DNA of 64,000 nucleotides, from NCBI RefSeq assembly GCF_006345805.1, contig NC_043015.1, positions 39,432,001-39,496,000 on the forward strand. Direction: 5' to 3'. The notes below the pieces were generated by a model. It did no database searches. It saw nothing but the letters and a program-made list of their open reading frames with translations, and was not told the origin of the DNA. Made by a program: the position numbers and the translations under genes. Positions 47,601 to 57,739 of this stretch are shown here, piece by piece (position 1 is the first letter of the stretch; each line of letters starts with the position of its first letter). Source of the DNA: Octopus sinensis. Lineage: Eukaryota.

Positions 47601-50600
47601 TTGCATTCAAACCAGCCAGATCCTGTCTCTCACACCTACCTTACAATGTCATGCCAAGAATATACACTCACACAATCAAAGTTTTGAAACTACAAGATAA
47701 TGCATCATCATCATGTAATGTCCGTTTTCCATGCTAGCATGGGTTGGACAGCTTGACCATGGTCTGGGAAGCCAGGAGGCTGCACCAGGAGGAAGCCAGG
47801 AGACTCCAGTCTGATCTGGCAGTGTTTCTACAGCTGGATGCCCTTCCTAACGCCAACCACTCCATGAGTGTAGTGGGTGCTTCTTACGTGCCACTGGCAC
47901 AGGGGCCAGAGGAGGTTGGCAAACGGCCGGTTGATTTAAAACAAAAGGACTGAATAAGTATTACGTTTGTCAGAGTAATCCGAATGGCAAAAGATTCGGG
48001 GGAAACTGATTGTTAATGGTGTGTTAGTGACAGGTTTGGGGTCATATAATGCTTGATTGAGCACATCCTCTGTGACTTTTGTCTCTCAGTTGTACAGTCG
48101 ATTTTTACTAATTAAAATGCAATTTTCAATTTCTAATTAACAGCATTGTCATTGCTTTGGGTTCATCTGTGAACTGTGCAACAACGATCATGATATCATC
48201 TTCCCGTTCCAGTTAAATAAAGTCATCAATTGTCCTCGTAAGTACCACCCGCTTTTTTCATTAATGGATTCTGCATCAGGTTGGGAATTGTGGTTCTGTT
48301 GCTATGGTTACTGATTGCAACACTTCTGTACCTCTAAGTCATGTGACTGTAATGGCGGGCTGCCTAAAGTACACCAGTGACACCGTCGAGTGACTGGTTA
48401 TGATCTGCTGGAGTTTCTCAATTGTCGTCTGACCCACTTTTAAAACCTGTTCGGTTGATGGAGATTTGTTTTTGTTTGTTTTACCAACCGAAAACATCTT
48501 TAGAATTGAATCAATGAGAAACTCTTCATTGGGGCTTGACCTGCTAGAAATAGCAGCCAGATCTCCCTTTAATTACAACATATTGCTATAGAGAAGATAT
48601 TGGGTAATATATATTTCTTTACTACCCACAAGGGGCTAAACATAGAGGGGACAGAGAAAGAGATTAAGTCGATTACATCGACCCCAGTGCGTAACTGGTA
48701 CTTAATTTATCGACCCCGAAAGGAGGAAAAGCAAGGTCGACCTCGACGGAATTTGAACTCAGAACGTAACGACAGACGAAATACCGCTAAGCATTTCGCC
48801 TGGCGTGCTAACGTTTCTGCCAGCTCGCCACCTTTTGGGTAATATAGGTTGAGATTGACTGTCTGAAAAGGTGAGATGGTCATAGTCAGAATGGCTTTGA
48901 TTCATAGGTTTGTTGGCTCAGTACTGACCTTGGTCTAAACATCATCATCATCCTAAATCCTCTTTCCTTGCTGGTATGGGTTGTACTGCTCATCACAATC
49001 TGACTGTTTTTATTTGTAGTTGCTGCCCTCCTACACAAGTTGACAGGAACCGAGTCTTGTGTTCCGTCATAGGTTTGGTTTCTGGGACCAGATACCATTC
49101 CTATCACTGAGACCATCCAACTCATGCTAGCATGGAAAACAGACTAGTGTGGTGACCTTGTTACTCACAAGACTTGTGTCTTCCTTCTCCTCTGCACACC
49201 CCATCTCTGTTTGCGGAGGACAGCGTAATGAACAAGAGAGGAAGGAAGCAGTGATTGGGGTGACTGTGGGAACAGAAATTGTCCGAATGTCTTCAGTAGC
49301 CATGTTGTCTGTCTGTGTGTTGTGTTTCTTCATTATCATCATTTAACATCTGTTTTTTCATGCTGGCATGGGTTGACAGGAGCCGGCAAGCTGGAATGCT
49401 ACACCAGGCACCACTTGTCTGTTTTGCCATGGTTTCAACAGCTAGACACCCTTCTGAATACCAGCAACTTTACAGAGTGAGCTGAACGCTTCTTATGTGG
49501 CACCAGCACCAGTGCTTTATATGTGTTTATATTGAAATATTAAGGCGGCGAGCTGGCAGAACCGTTAGCACGCCGGGGGAAATGCTTAGCGGTATTTCGT
49601 CTGCCGTTACGTTCTGAGTTCAAATTCCGCCGAGGTCGACTTTGCCATTCATCCTTTCGGGGTCGATAAGTAAAGTACCAGTTTCGCACTGGGGTCGATG
49701 TAATCGACTTAATCCCTTTGTCTGTCCTTATTTGTCCCCTCTATGTTTAGCCCCTTGTGGGCAATAAAGAAATAGGTATTACGTCTGTCATTACGTTCTG
49801 AGTTCAAATTCCGCCGAGGTCGACTTTGCCTTTCATCCTTTCGAGGTCGATAAATAAAGTACCAGTTACGCACTGGAGTTGATGTAATCGACTTAATCCC
49901 TTTGTCTGTCCTTGTTTGTCCCCTCTGTGTTTAGCCCCTTGTGGACAATAAAGAAATATATATTGAAATATTGATAGTAACCTGTGACCAATAGGCAGTT
50001 GTTCTTTTGCATGAGACAAGATTTGTAGATGCAGACTTTGTGTTTTGGATGACACGGTTAAGAGATTCACTGAGACGATCCATACCAAAGTCTTACGGAA
50101 TATTATTGGAATTGTCTCAATGAAGCTGTTTACATCATCATTGTTTAACGTCCGTTTTCCATGCTGGCATGGGTTGGACGATTTGACCGGGGTCTGGGAA
50201 GCCAGGATGCTGCACCAGGCTCCAGTCTGATCCGGCAGTGTTTCTACAGCTGGAAACCCTTCCTAACACCAACCACTCCATGAGTGTAGTGGGTGCTTTT
50301 TAAGGATCTTTACTGCTCCCTCATCAGACCTCGTTCTGTTACCATAATTGTAAGATGCTGCCCTTTTTTTTTTAACCAGTTTTAGTAAAACTCATCAGCT
50401 GTTGCCCTAAATAAATCCCTCTCCATTAATTAAACAATTTCTCTCCTTGTTTGAATTAAATGATTCTTTACATTAATTATAATTTCTTTATTTTTAATTG
50501 AAAGCATCATCAATCAGGTTGGTTCAACTCTCTTCTTTTCCCCGTCTTCTGCCTCTCTAACATCTTGCCTGCATACAGACACATAGAAACACACACACGG

Positions 50601-53600
50601 GTTCCTATTTTCTGCCTTTCAACATTTGGGTCTTTTGATTTGTGGGTCATATTTTCGGGTTATCCCTAAATCATATTTTTGGGTTATCCCTAAATTAGTT
50701 GACAAATTTTGACTTTGTTCTTTTTTTCTTTTTCTTTTTTTTGGTAACCTGCAGGAAACTATGTCCCTTTGCCCGTTGAGTCCCAAAAAGTCGGTCTCTG
50801 AGAGTCATAATAGATTACTCAGTGATGCCATCTGTATGAAAGACAATAGTTAAGTTAGTGATAAAATATTTAATAAAGTTGATATCAAAAATCTAATTGG
50901 ACATAATGACTAATATTATTTTATCTGGCAAGTATGGGAGACAACTCAAGCATGTTCCAGTGTTATCCTATCAGACCTCCTCAGCAAAGAATTACAGTTC
51001 TTATCAAAAAGCAATTTTAAGGTATTTTCGGAGAATTAAAACAATGAAAAGTTAATTACCAATTAAATCAAGTTAATTTTTAATTAACATAATTCAAATC
51101 TAAATCAAATTATTTATGATTGTAAAGCAGCACCTTACAATACTAACAAATTGAATGCCCCCGCCCCCTTTTCCTTGTTGACCTAGGAATAATATAATGG
51201 AATATCTGCCATTGATCAACTAATATTTGGTTCATTAAATTCGTTTCGTTTAGGGGTTAACTATGAATTAATTTAGTGGGAAAGTAGATTGCAACAGTGA
51301 CAGAGTTGTTAAAGGAATGTTGATTCAGTCTACCAGCAGAAAAGGAGGACAAGGTTCCCCCTGTGTTACCAACATCAGGGTTTTTGAGGGAAATATTTCT
51401 GTTGTGATTTATTATTATTATCATTGTTGTTAAGGCGGCGAGCTGGCAGAAATGTTAGCACGCCGGGCGAAATGCTTAGCGGTATTTCGTCTGCCGCTAC
51501 GTTCTGAGTTCAAATTCCGCCGAGGTCGACTTTGCCTTTCATCCTTTCGGGGTCGATTAAATAAGTACCAGTTACTTACTGGGGTCGATGTAATCGACTT
51601 AATCCCTTCGTCTGTCCTTGTTTGTCCCCTCTATGGGTAGTAAAGAAATATGTATTTTGTCTGCCATTATGTTTTGAGTTCAAATTCTGCCAAGGTCAAC
51701 TTTGCTTTTCATCCTTTCAGGGGTCGATAAATTAAGTACCAGTGAAACGCTGGGGTCGATGTAATCAACTGGTCCCTTCCACTCCAAATTTGAGGCCTTG
51801 TGCCTTCAGTAGAAAAGATTATTATTATTGTTGTTAAGGTGGAGAGCTGGCGGAATCATTAAAATGCCGGGCAAATTGTTTAGCAGCATTTTGTCTGTCT
51901 TTATGTTCTGAAAGGATTTGACAAGCTGCTGGACTGTGTCAAACTCCAATATCAACTTTGGCATTTTGACATGGTTTCTACAGCAGGATGCCCTTCCTAA
52001 CACCAACTGCTCTACAATGTGTACTGGGTGCTTTTTGCCTCCTGACTTTGACACTAGTATGGTCAGTAAGTAACTTACAAGAATAGAAACCCTCCACCCA
52101 ATTGAGTGGAGGGGTATTTGAGGAAGAGTGGGGGAGGTGGCCAAGTTTTGAGGGGCTAAAAGTACGATGTCTTACTTCCATACATTTTCTGTGTACCAAT
52201 TCCACTGACAACACATTGGTTAACCCAGGGTTACAAAGTTTAAGGAGTCACGGAGTGGAACTGAGCCTGAAACCATTGTAGAATTGGTAATATTAGCACG
52301 ATACTATTTATACAGCTCTGACCCCTTTTAAGTGAGAAGTATCCCTAATTATGTGTTGACTTTGACCACGGTAATCAACCTAACACATGCCAACATGAAA
52401 AGTTGATGTAAAACAATAATGATGATAATGTGGAATTTCTTTAATAATGTTGTTTTTATTCTTGCTTTATTGTTGTTTTTTTTTTATGTACATATTTTTT
52501 TATTTCCTTTTTTGTATTCCTTCTCTTCAGATTGTAAAGCTTGTTACCACATTAGTTGTTTCATTCCCAATAAATGTCCGAAATGTGCTCGAATTGCTGT
52601 CAGGTGAGTTCTTCTTCACTGAATTTTGGGGAAATGATAAATGTTTTTAAACGCATTTTAAGGATGGAGAAAGGTGACAATAATGGATGAGTTTAAAGTT
52701 TTAGAAGTGTTTGGTCAGGGTCAGTTTGTATTTTGTCCTTTTGGTGTTGGCAAAATAAGTATTATTCAAGTTCTGGGGGTCAGTTAAGCCAACCCTTAAA
52801 GATGTGACATCAGTACCTTCAATATGATTACACACTCAGATATACATATATATTGTTGCTATTATACGAAAGTGTCATAAGTCCAAAATGTTGCTTTTTC
52901 AGAAAATGAGGAAACAGTTTCACCATTGCATAGCCAAACCGTTGTACTATTCTTTGACAATTTTTGATATCTTGGCATCTGAAGTAGCTGGAGATATAAT
53001 AGTTTGACCAAAAGAATTAGCTACTGCATGCAAAAATAAATATTTAAAAAATGCATTTGGCCAAATTTGGACATACAGCATTTTAACATAATAGCAACAA
53101 TTTGTAAATATATATATATATATTATATATATATATATATATATAAATAAAACATCATCATCTAACATCCGCTTTCCAGGCTGGCATGGATTGGACAGAT
53201 TGAGGACTGGCAAGCTAGAAGGCTGCACCAGGCTCCAGTCTGATCTGGCAGTGTTTCTACAGCTGGATGCCCTTCCTAACACCAACCACTCTGAGAGTGT
53301 AGTGGGTGCTTTTTATGTGTCACCGGCATGAAGGCCAGTGAGGCAGTACTGGCATCGACCACACTTGAATGGTGCTTTTTACATGCCACCGGCACTGCCA
53401 ATGACCACACTCAAATGGTGCTTTTTATGTGCTACCGGCACAGGAGCCAGTCAGTTGACACTATATATATATATCACACACATACATACATATAAATTAG
53501 AAAAAAACCCACCTTTTATCAATTCAATAATGAAAAATTAAATTATACCATTTAGAAAAATTACATATTATAGAAAGATTAAATATAAGATAAAACATAT

Positions 53601-53644
53601 AACGATGATTAAGTAACGTGCAAAATAATAAATATGTTTTATCT

Positions 53645-53693
<49 letters not shown>

Positions 53694-53765
53694 TACACAC
53701 ATAAATAAATATCAGGAGTACAAATTTAACACATCCAAGTTTTATTTTTCAGTTAATTACATTTT

Positions 53766-53796
<31 letters not shown>

Positions 53797-56700
53797 ACTT
53801 CTAGTGAAACTATTCATGTATAGCCAGTGAATGTATATATAAAATGAATATAGCAATGGCTTTTAGTATGTAGTCAGTTAATGGCCTTTAGTAAGTAATC
53901 AGTAAATGTATGTGTAATATAAATACCACAACAACCTTTAGTATGCAGTCTGAACGCCTGTAAATGATAAACGCATCAACAAGCTTCAATGTATAGTCAG
54001 TGAATGTGTGTGTGTGTATATATAATGAACAGTGACAGCCTATGAACAGAACTTACATGATGTTGGAGTATATATTTATTTTGGATAAACTAAAGCGTTT
54101 TTTAAAAAACTCAATTTTAAAAGCTGTTAAAGCAGAGATTGTTAGAAAGTTCTCTGTAAACCTTTGTGTGTTAAATGAAACCATTTTCTGAAACCATTGG
54201 TATGAAATAATTTTCAACTTGTCTTCAGAGAGGTTAAAAACGAAGGTGACTGATGGCTATTTGTGGAAGTGACATTATCTCGCTACTGGTAAAGTATTCC
54301 TTGTAGTGATACTTCATCAATCTTAATCCCTTTTCAACCAAACCTGTCTACCGTTTCTGGCGTGAGCAACGACCACCACCAAAGATCAATAGTTTAAATT
54401 AGGCATTGCTGTCCTTCTTTCTGGCTCTATACACCTCTATTGTTGCTGTTGTTGTTGTTCTAACTATATTTTTAAAATATCGTCTAGAACAATCTACTAA
54501 ATATTTTGTCTGAAAATATAAAAAAAAATAAAAGCCCCTTTCAGGTTGAGTTTTTTTTTTTTTAATGTTTTGTATTGATGCAACGTGCATTGGGCATGAT
54601 GAGGGCTGCAGCACATTCTTTCATCATCCATCATCTAAATTTTATCTGCAGATGTGGAACCATTCTCCTGCATCAAAGTCCTTACTTTCGGTTGTCTACC
54701 ACGGGTTGGTTTCCAGAGGACAACTCAGCTGCAAGGCATGCAGACATCTACAAGTGATTCAGATGGGACCTTATAGCAAACTGCAGCCCTTTTTCTATTT
54801 TCTTGGTCCACTGAGAAGAGGAAGTCACTCTGAAGTTGCTGATTGGTCCTTGTTTGAAAGCCATCAGGAGCACCTGAGTGTGGCAGCCATCAAGGAACAG
54901 GGCTACAGATCCAAGGAGGCTTGTCCTGATATGTTGCTATGAAAATGTTCATCTTCTGTTGTCTGTTGAGGCTGGACGCCCAAATCCTCATCTTATCATT
55001 GAGCATGCTGTGTTATTGGCCCTGGATTGTATATCAATATAGATTGGACATTGGTTGATCTCTGTTCAAGCTATGAACCCCCAGCCCTCATTGAAGGGTG
55101 TCCTGCCATAAATTTTATGTCTTTCAACACGTGGTCACCATATTAGAGAAATTTGTGGTGTTGAAAAAAAAAAAGATCTGGTAGCTTTTTTTTTATCAGA
55201 ATGTGGCCTAACTCCATTCCCAGAACATTTGGGTCTTCTTTCATCAATGAAGCTGAGTTGTATGATCCACCTACACAACTCCGTCTTACGCACCAAACAG
55301 ATTTAATCAAAAGACATCAACCCACTGCAGATGTAACTGCATTGTCCATCGCCTGTTGCAGCTGTGCACCAGTCTGTCATGTCTGCATCCCATCACACTA
55401 AATGATCTAAATAATAAAATATTGATTAGGAAAATTTCCTAAAGATGAGACTCAATATCTAAAGCCTAAACTATTGATCAGTGTTCAATAATATTTGAAG
55501 AAATAACTCTCTTTGTAGATTGGAAGCATGATATTTTGTCACTGTCCAGAAACCGTTTGTTCTTTAATTGGCTGTCAAATATCCACCTTCTACGGCTGCC
55601 TTCATAATCTTACATTTAACAATTCCTTTGATCAATCTTGGCATCGTTATCTTCTTCGTAATTTCCTAACTGACGCATGTTTTCTTTTGACTCTGCAAGA
55701 AGAACTTCTCCTGGTTTGGGTTTGTTTTCCATTTTTATAAATTGCTTCAGCATGAATTCTTGACTTGTTAACCCAAAACTAAACATTATTATAAATATTA
55801 ACCAAATGGTCATGCCATCTTCTAGTCTCTTAGATTCTTCTAAACTTCATTTTTCTCACTAACCCTAACCTGATTTCCTAACTGCCTGTCTCTGCTGGTT
55901 TGAATAAGCTTTATAAAAACCTAATTAATTTCATGAAAACTTAAATTTCTTAGAAACCTAATTAATTTTAAAGTTTTTACATATATATTGTAATTTCTTG
56001 CCTATACACCAAGTCACTTATTTTAGGGCAGTGTGTCTCCATCATCAGTGATATATTACTGATACTTGTTGACGGGAATAAATGTAGGACCGATCTGGGT
56101 AAGAATTGAACTTAGAATTATTACAAGTGAAATTAAATCCTGTTTGAGTGTTTAGGACAGTTTTTCTGTTACTTCATTCATGTCTGCTTTCCATGCTGGC
56201 ATGGGTTGGACAGTTTGACTGAGGACTGGCGATCCAGAAGACTGCACCAGTCTCCAATCCGATCTGGCAAAGTTTCTACAGCTGGATGCCCTTCCTAACT
56301 CCAACCACTCCGAGAGTGTAGTGGTTGTTTTTACATGCCACCGGTACGAGGGCCAGTGAGGTGGTACTGGCATCAGCCACGCTCAAATAGTGCATTTTGC
56401 GTGCCACCTGCACAGGAGCCAGTCCGGCGTCACTGGCAACAATCATGCTCAAATGAGGCTTTTAACGTTCCACTGGCACAGGTGGCAATCAACTCTGTAG
56501 AATATTGCCTCAACATGTTTTGTCTAATCCAAGCCAGAATGGTCAAATTGTGTGTGTGTGTCTGTACCTCCCCGCTTCCACAATTGGCTGAAAAAATCTA
56601 TCAATAGAGACCGATCTTCAAAATTTTTAAAGTCAGTGATTTAGAGAAGTTTGGTAAAACATTTGGGGTGAGTTTTGGGACAGAAACTGACCGGAAAGTT

Positions 56701-57184
56701 CTTCCATAAAACTGATGAAAAGATCTACACACTGAAGTTTAGTCTTAATTATTGATGTTAATGAGATTTTGGTTGAGGTAATAGCAATGGGTGTTAAAGG
56801 GGTGGTGGGATTGTAGTAACATGTGACCAGGAGGGGGTTGCTATGGACAATCATAAAATCTGGGAATTATAAGGAAGTATGATTTTGTATGAACTTAATT
56901 TTAGCAATATTAATTAACATGCTAATTTTTCGGCCTAATTTCATCTAAAGCAATAATTAACATTCTAATTTTTAAGACTATTTTTGTCAGTGTTTCTTGG
57001 AGAAATAAACATCAAATTTTCTGTTAAAATGAAACAAAAATATTTGAAATAAAAATTGCAGAGATAAGTTGAAGAAATTCTTTGGTCGATTCCGTTTGGT
57101 AACCTGGTGAATGTGTTCTTTTATTTCAGAAGGAAAGTGCAACAACAGCGCTCGGCCGATATAGAAGAGGAAGAAAACGGCTGA
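9340..57184 (+). CDS. RUBCN: Rubicon-family (RUN domain, Beclin-1-interacting, cysteine-rich) protein; spliced CDS span, 21 supported exons listed separately
   Basis: Exon translations match Rubicon motifs as I recall them ([17 protein letters not shown]; [27 protein letters not shown]; [33 protein letters not shown]; [17 protein letters not shown]; [10 protein letters not shown]; [17 protein letters not shown]; GFICELC; CKACYH..C...CPKC). All junctions are GT-AG with continuous phases. The RUN domain favours RUBCN over RUBCNL/Pacer. Confidence 0.95.
10672..10865 (+). mobile_element. tRNA-derived SINE 5' part
   Basis: GGCTCAGTGGTTAGAGCATTGG...GAGTTCAAATCCC followed by CTTGAGCAAAACACTT. Confidence 0.65.
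12262..12487. repeat. 30/34-bp minisatellite with 99-bp higher-order unit
   Basis: Seven GGCCCACTTCT cores in the pattern long-short-long repeated twice, then a degenerate unit. Confidence 0.85.
13347..13636. mobile_element. Foldback (MITE-like) element with internal telomere-type TTAGGG repeats
   Basis: 86-bp inverted arms 13347-13432 and 13551-13636 (6 mismatches by my count) enclosing 7 exact TTAGGG units plus variants at 13464-13550. Confidence 0.8.
13641..13810 (+). mobile_element. RTE-like LINE 3' fragment
   Basis: [20 protein letters not shown]...[13 protein letters not shown] followed by a TGAA-repeat tail. Confidence 0.5.
15116..15338 (+). CDS. RUBCN: Rubicon exon, RUN domain ([20 protein letters not shown]...HIWLCQSL...LLQFYY)
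   Basis: CCCCAG acceptor, GTAAGT donor, phase 0 to 1; D(F/Y)W.F and WL..SL RUN motifs. Confidence 0.93.
15388..15961 (-). mobile_element. Non-autonomous Helitron with tandemly duplicated 5' part
   Basis: Minus strand A|TCTTTATATATAAAAG ... CCCGAGCAACGCCGGG hairpin ... CTAG|T; same family as 44079-44476. Confidence 0.85.
17452..17763 (+). mobile_element. tRNA-derived SINE inserted in a piggyBac-like MITE
   Basis: Head TGGCCCAGTGGTTAGGGCAGCGGACTCG...TTTCGATTCCC; TSD ATTTTAAATAT at 17441-17451 and 17764-17774. Confidence 0.85.
19151..19429. mobile_element. Tigger/pogo-like MITE inserted at TA in a SINE
   Basis: TA-CAGTGGAACCTCAGTTTA ... TAAATTGAGCTTCCATTA-TA; host SINE resumes on both sides. 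Confidence 0.65.
20505..21112 (-). mobile_element. RTE-clade LINE 3' fragment containing four tandem 103-bp repeats
   Basis: Minus strand [77 protein letters not shown]; units start at 20678, 20781, 20884 and 20987. Confidence 0.8.
21600..21835. repeat. (GGT)n-rich microsatellite
   Basis: Directly visible. Confidence 0.9.
22451..22680. mobile_element. piggyBac-like MITE (CCCTTTAGCATT / AATGCTAAAGGG-TTAA termini)
   Basis: Related copies at about 13877-14125, 39250-39400 and 47549-47700. Confidence 0.7.
25166..25217 (-). ncRNA. Degenerate Penelope-type hammerhead motif
   Basis: Minus strand GGATGTGGTG-CTGATGA-AAGAA(CAATAA)CTCTC-GAAA-CATG-TA-TATACATCC. Confidence 0.5.
25419..25647. mobile_element. 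piggyBac-like MITE (TTAA-CCCTTTCGTTAC termini)
   Basis: Terminal inverted repeats with TTAA; other copies at 39561-39784, 17392-17940 (interrupted) and 44024-44636 (interrupted). Confidence 0.8.
26014..26120 (+). CDS. RUBCN: Rubicon exon, RUN domain end ([36 protein letters not shown])
   Basis: TTTCAG acceptor, GTAAGT donor, phase 1 to 0; matches AFL...CL.A.E.N...LLA.ID. Absent from the ORF track. Confidence 0.93.
26339..26382 (-). ncRNA. Degenerate hammerhead-like motif
   Basis: Minus strand GACCA-CTGATGC-A-GTCACA(GGAG)TGTGAC-GAAA-AAAC-TC-TGGCC. Confidence 0.4.
27499..27670 (+). CDS. RUBCN: Rubicon exon ([14 protein letters not shown]...EQAIPI)
   Basis: TTCTTCAG acceptor, GTAAGT donor; only phase 0 is open; ends in phase 1, fitting both neighbours. 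Confidence 0.85.
28151..28201 (+). ncRNA. Degenerate Penelope-type hammerhead motif
   Basis: ACCG-CTGATGA-TGAG..AATTC(TTAT)GAATT..CTCA-GAAA-TTGG-AC-CGAT. Confidence 0.45.
28762..29373 (+). CDS. RUBCN: Rubicon large Ser-rich exon containing [10 protein letters not shown]
   Basis: 612-nt open phase 1 to 1 exon, TTTTCAG/GTAAGG; HKRCQSD resembles the vertebrate HIRSHSD motif. Confidence 0.9.
31133..31257 (+). CDS. RUBCN: Rubicon exon ([24 protein letters not shown])
   Basis: ATTTCAG/GTACGT, phase 1 to 0, conserved motif. Confidence 0.95.
33422..33595 (+). CDS. RUBCN: Rubicon exon, helical/coiled-coil segment ([19 protein letters not shown]...[17 protein letters not shown])
   Basis: TTGCAG/GTAAGT, phase 0 to 0, conserved motif. 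Confidence 0.96.
35055..35458 (+). mobile_element. tRNA-derived CORE-type SINE with internal (TA)/(TG) microsatellite
   Basis: Head AGGAGTGGCTGTGTGGTAAG...GGGTTCAGTCCC, CORE-like (C/A)CTGGGCAAGTGTCTT; other copies at about 14250-14655(-), 19740-20065(-), 23160-23560(+), 26920-27350(+), 41385-41855(-), 46250-46465(-), 47150-47420(-) and 63905-64000(-). Confidence 0.8.
35833..35875 (+). CDS. RUBCN: Rubicon small exon ([14 protein letters not shown])
   Basis: TTCACAG/GTAAGT, 43 nt, supplies the required phase 0 to 1 link. Confidence 0.8.
36165..36415. repeat. Long (TTA)n/(TCA)n microsatellite
   Basis: Directly visible. Confidence 0.95.
36677..36727 (+). CDS. RUBCN: Rubicon small exon ([16 protein letters not shown])
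   Basis: Strong pyrimidine tract plus CAG, GTAAGT, 51 nt, phase 1 to 1. Confidence 0.82.
36770..37225 (-). mobile_element. RTE LINE 3' end (ORF remnant plus the GAT-tailed 3' UTR that is the window's commonest repeat)
   Basis: Minus strand [13 protein letters not shown]...[16 protein letters not shown]; 3' part matches copies at about 20-430, 760-980, 6180-6300, 9687-10000, 10870-11155, 29640-29790, 32095-32460, 47700-47930, 50130-50300, 53150-53450 and 56170-56480. Confidence 0.75.
37740..37814 (+). CDS. RUBCN: Rubicon small exon ([24 protein letters not shown])
   Basis: TTTTCAG/GTAACA, 75 nt, phase 1 to 1. Confidence 0.82.
38291..38762. mobile_element. Head-to-head inverted dimer of a tRNA-headed element with a Penelope-type hammerhead tail
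   Basis: Arms about 38291-38530 (minus) and 38531-38762 (plus); A-box and B-box-like motifs in each head; 17-bp direct repeat ATAATGTTTCTTTCTTT at 38274-38290 and 38763-38779. Confidence 0.8.
38677..38722 (+). ncRNA. Minimal type I hammerhead ribozyme-like motif
   Basis: GACAC-CTGATGA-A-GGCTG(10 nt)CAGCC-GAAA-TG-TT-GTGTT: core boxes, 5-bp helix II, helix I GACAC/GTGTT. Confidence 0.65.
39115..39151 (+). CDS. RUBCN: Rubicon small exon ([12 protein letters not shown])
   Basis: TTTCAG/GTGAGT, 37 nt, supplies the phase 1 to 2 link. Confidence 0.8.
40299..40446 (+). CDS. RUBCN: Rubicon exon ([36 protein letters not shown])
   Basis: TTCTAG acceptor (alternative CAG 6 nt downstream), GTAAGT, phase 2 to 0. 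Confidence 0.95.
40901..40966 (+). CDS. RUBCN: Rubicon exon ([22 protein letters not shown])
   Basis: TTGCAG/GTAAGT, phase 0 to 0; LLP.P.S.P.SPDD motif. Confidence 0.94.
42051..42124 (+). CDS. RUBCN: Rubicon exon ([24 protein letters not shown])
   Basis: TTTCAG/GTAAGT, phase 0 to 2. Confidence 0.96.
42686..42750 (+). CDS. RUBCN: Rubicon exon ([21 protein letters not shown])
   Basis: TTACAG/GTAAGA, phase 2 to 1. Confidence 0.96.
43697..44000 (+). CDS. RUBCN: Rubicon exon, RH domain ([20 protein letters not shown]...WDF.KY.VS...LKICRHASI)
   Basis: TTCCAG/GTGAGT, phase 1 to 2. Confidence 0.97.
44079..44476 (+). mobile_element. Non-autonomous Helitron inserted in a piggyBac-like MITE
   Basis: 5' TC, 3' hairpin plus CTAG, inserted between A and T with no TSD; host MITE continues on both sides. 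Confidence 0.9.
45236..45314 (+). CDS. RUBCN: Rubicon exon ([26 protein letters not shown])
   Basis: TTTCAG/GTAAGA, phase 2 to 0; HL....H.YS..DL motif. Confidence 0.93.
45931..46145. repeat. Two tandem copies of a 108-bp unit
   Basis: TCCTTTGCTATCATGAGGCTTTTTTGGAGCTGGAT occurs twice, 108 bp apart. Confidence 0.8.
46847..46921 (+). CDS. RUBCN: Rubicon exon ([25 protein letters not shown])
   Basis: TTTCAG/GTAAGT, phase 0 to 0. Confidence 0.93.
48144..48237 (+). CDS. RUBCN: Rubicon exon ([31 protein letters not shown])
   Basis: TAACAG/GTAAGT, phase 0 to 1; GFICE.C....DIIFPF motif. Confidence 0.95.
48612..48834 (-). mobile_element. Young tRNA-derived SINE (AAGGCGGCGAGCTGGCAGAA family)
   Basis: CpG-rich intact copy with 12-bp TSD TTGGGTAATATA (48600-48611, 48835-48846); family also at about 7845-8060, 30170-30390, 32670-33310, 43060-43295, 51432-51900 and 60680-61125. 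Confidence 0.88.
49542..49958 (+). mobile_element. Head-to-tail SINE 1.7-mer, same family
   Basis: Full copy plus 5'-truncated copy, jointly flanked by TATATTGAAATATT (49528-49541, 49959-49972). Confidence 0.85.
52531..52603 (+). CDS. RUBCN: Rubicon exon ([23 protein letters not shown])
   Basis: CTTCAG/GTGAGT, phase 1 to 2. Confidence 0.95.
54570..55400 (-). mobile_element. Degraded RTE-type LINE fragment
   Basis: Minus strand remnants RTSLLGS...[13 protein letters not shown]...GLQFA and RGRQPK, with stops and frameshifts. Confidence 0.55.
57130..57184 (+). CDS. RUBCN: Rubicon terminal coding exon ([18 protein letters not shown])
   Basis: ATTTCAG acceptor in the required phase 2; TGA at 57182-57184; acidic tail. 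Confidence 0.8.
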
Positions 57185-57739
57185 CTAAAGTAGCCATCGT
57201 CAAGTTTGGCTGTCAGTTATTATTGGAATGACCGTGTCTTGTTTGTGCCACCTGCATCAATCCTGCTGCAGTTAAGACAAGCAGATGCTGCTGCGTTAAC
57301 TGTGCAATATCTCGTTCTGTAATGCAAGAGATGTCCTGTGTTACGAGGCCAGCAATCTATTCCTCCAGCTTCCACATTTGGTACCAGCTTAACGACATTA
57401 TCACCAAATAGAAACGGCTTTTCTGGTCAAAGCTTTGTACATGCTAAAGGATTATATTTATACTGGAAACTATTTTTTTTATTACTATGATGATGATTAT
57501 TATTATTATTATTATTACTATTGTAATTATTATTGTTTGTCTTTGTTGTTGCATTGACAAGCTTACTTCCATGTGATTCTGTGTGTACAATCACCACCAC
57601 CACCACCATCATCATCATCATTGTCATCATAAATACAATCGGTAAAATATGTTTTAAGAATTATGCTTTATAAGCATGTGCAGCTAAATATATTTCATGT
57701 GTTGTTGGTGTATATAATGTCTTGGTTTGAGATATATAT

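Noticed and set aside
48144-48160. HCHCFGFIC in place of LCQAKGFIC as a sign of RNA recoding
   Set aside because: The differences cannot be produced by A-to-I changes and the zinc-ligand cysteines are retained.
50755-50801. Alternative terminal exon after a strong pyrimidine tract ([15 protein letters not shown])
   Set aside because: Only an acceptor-like site; it would delete the last zinc-binding motif and has no other support.
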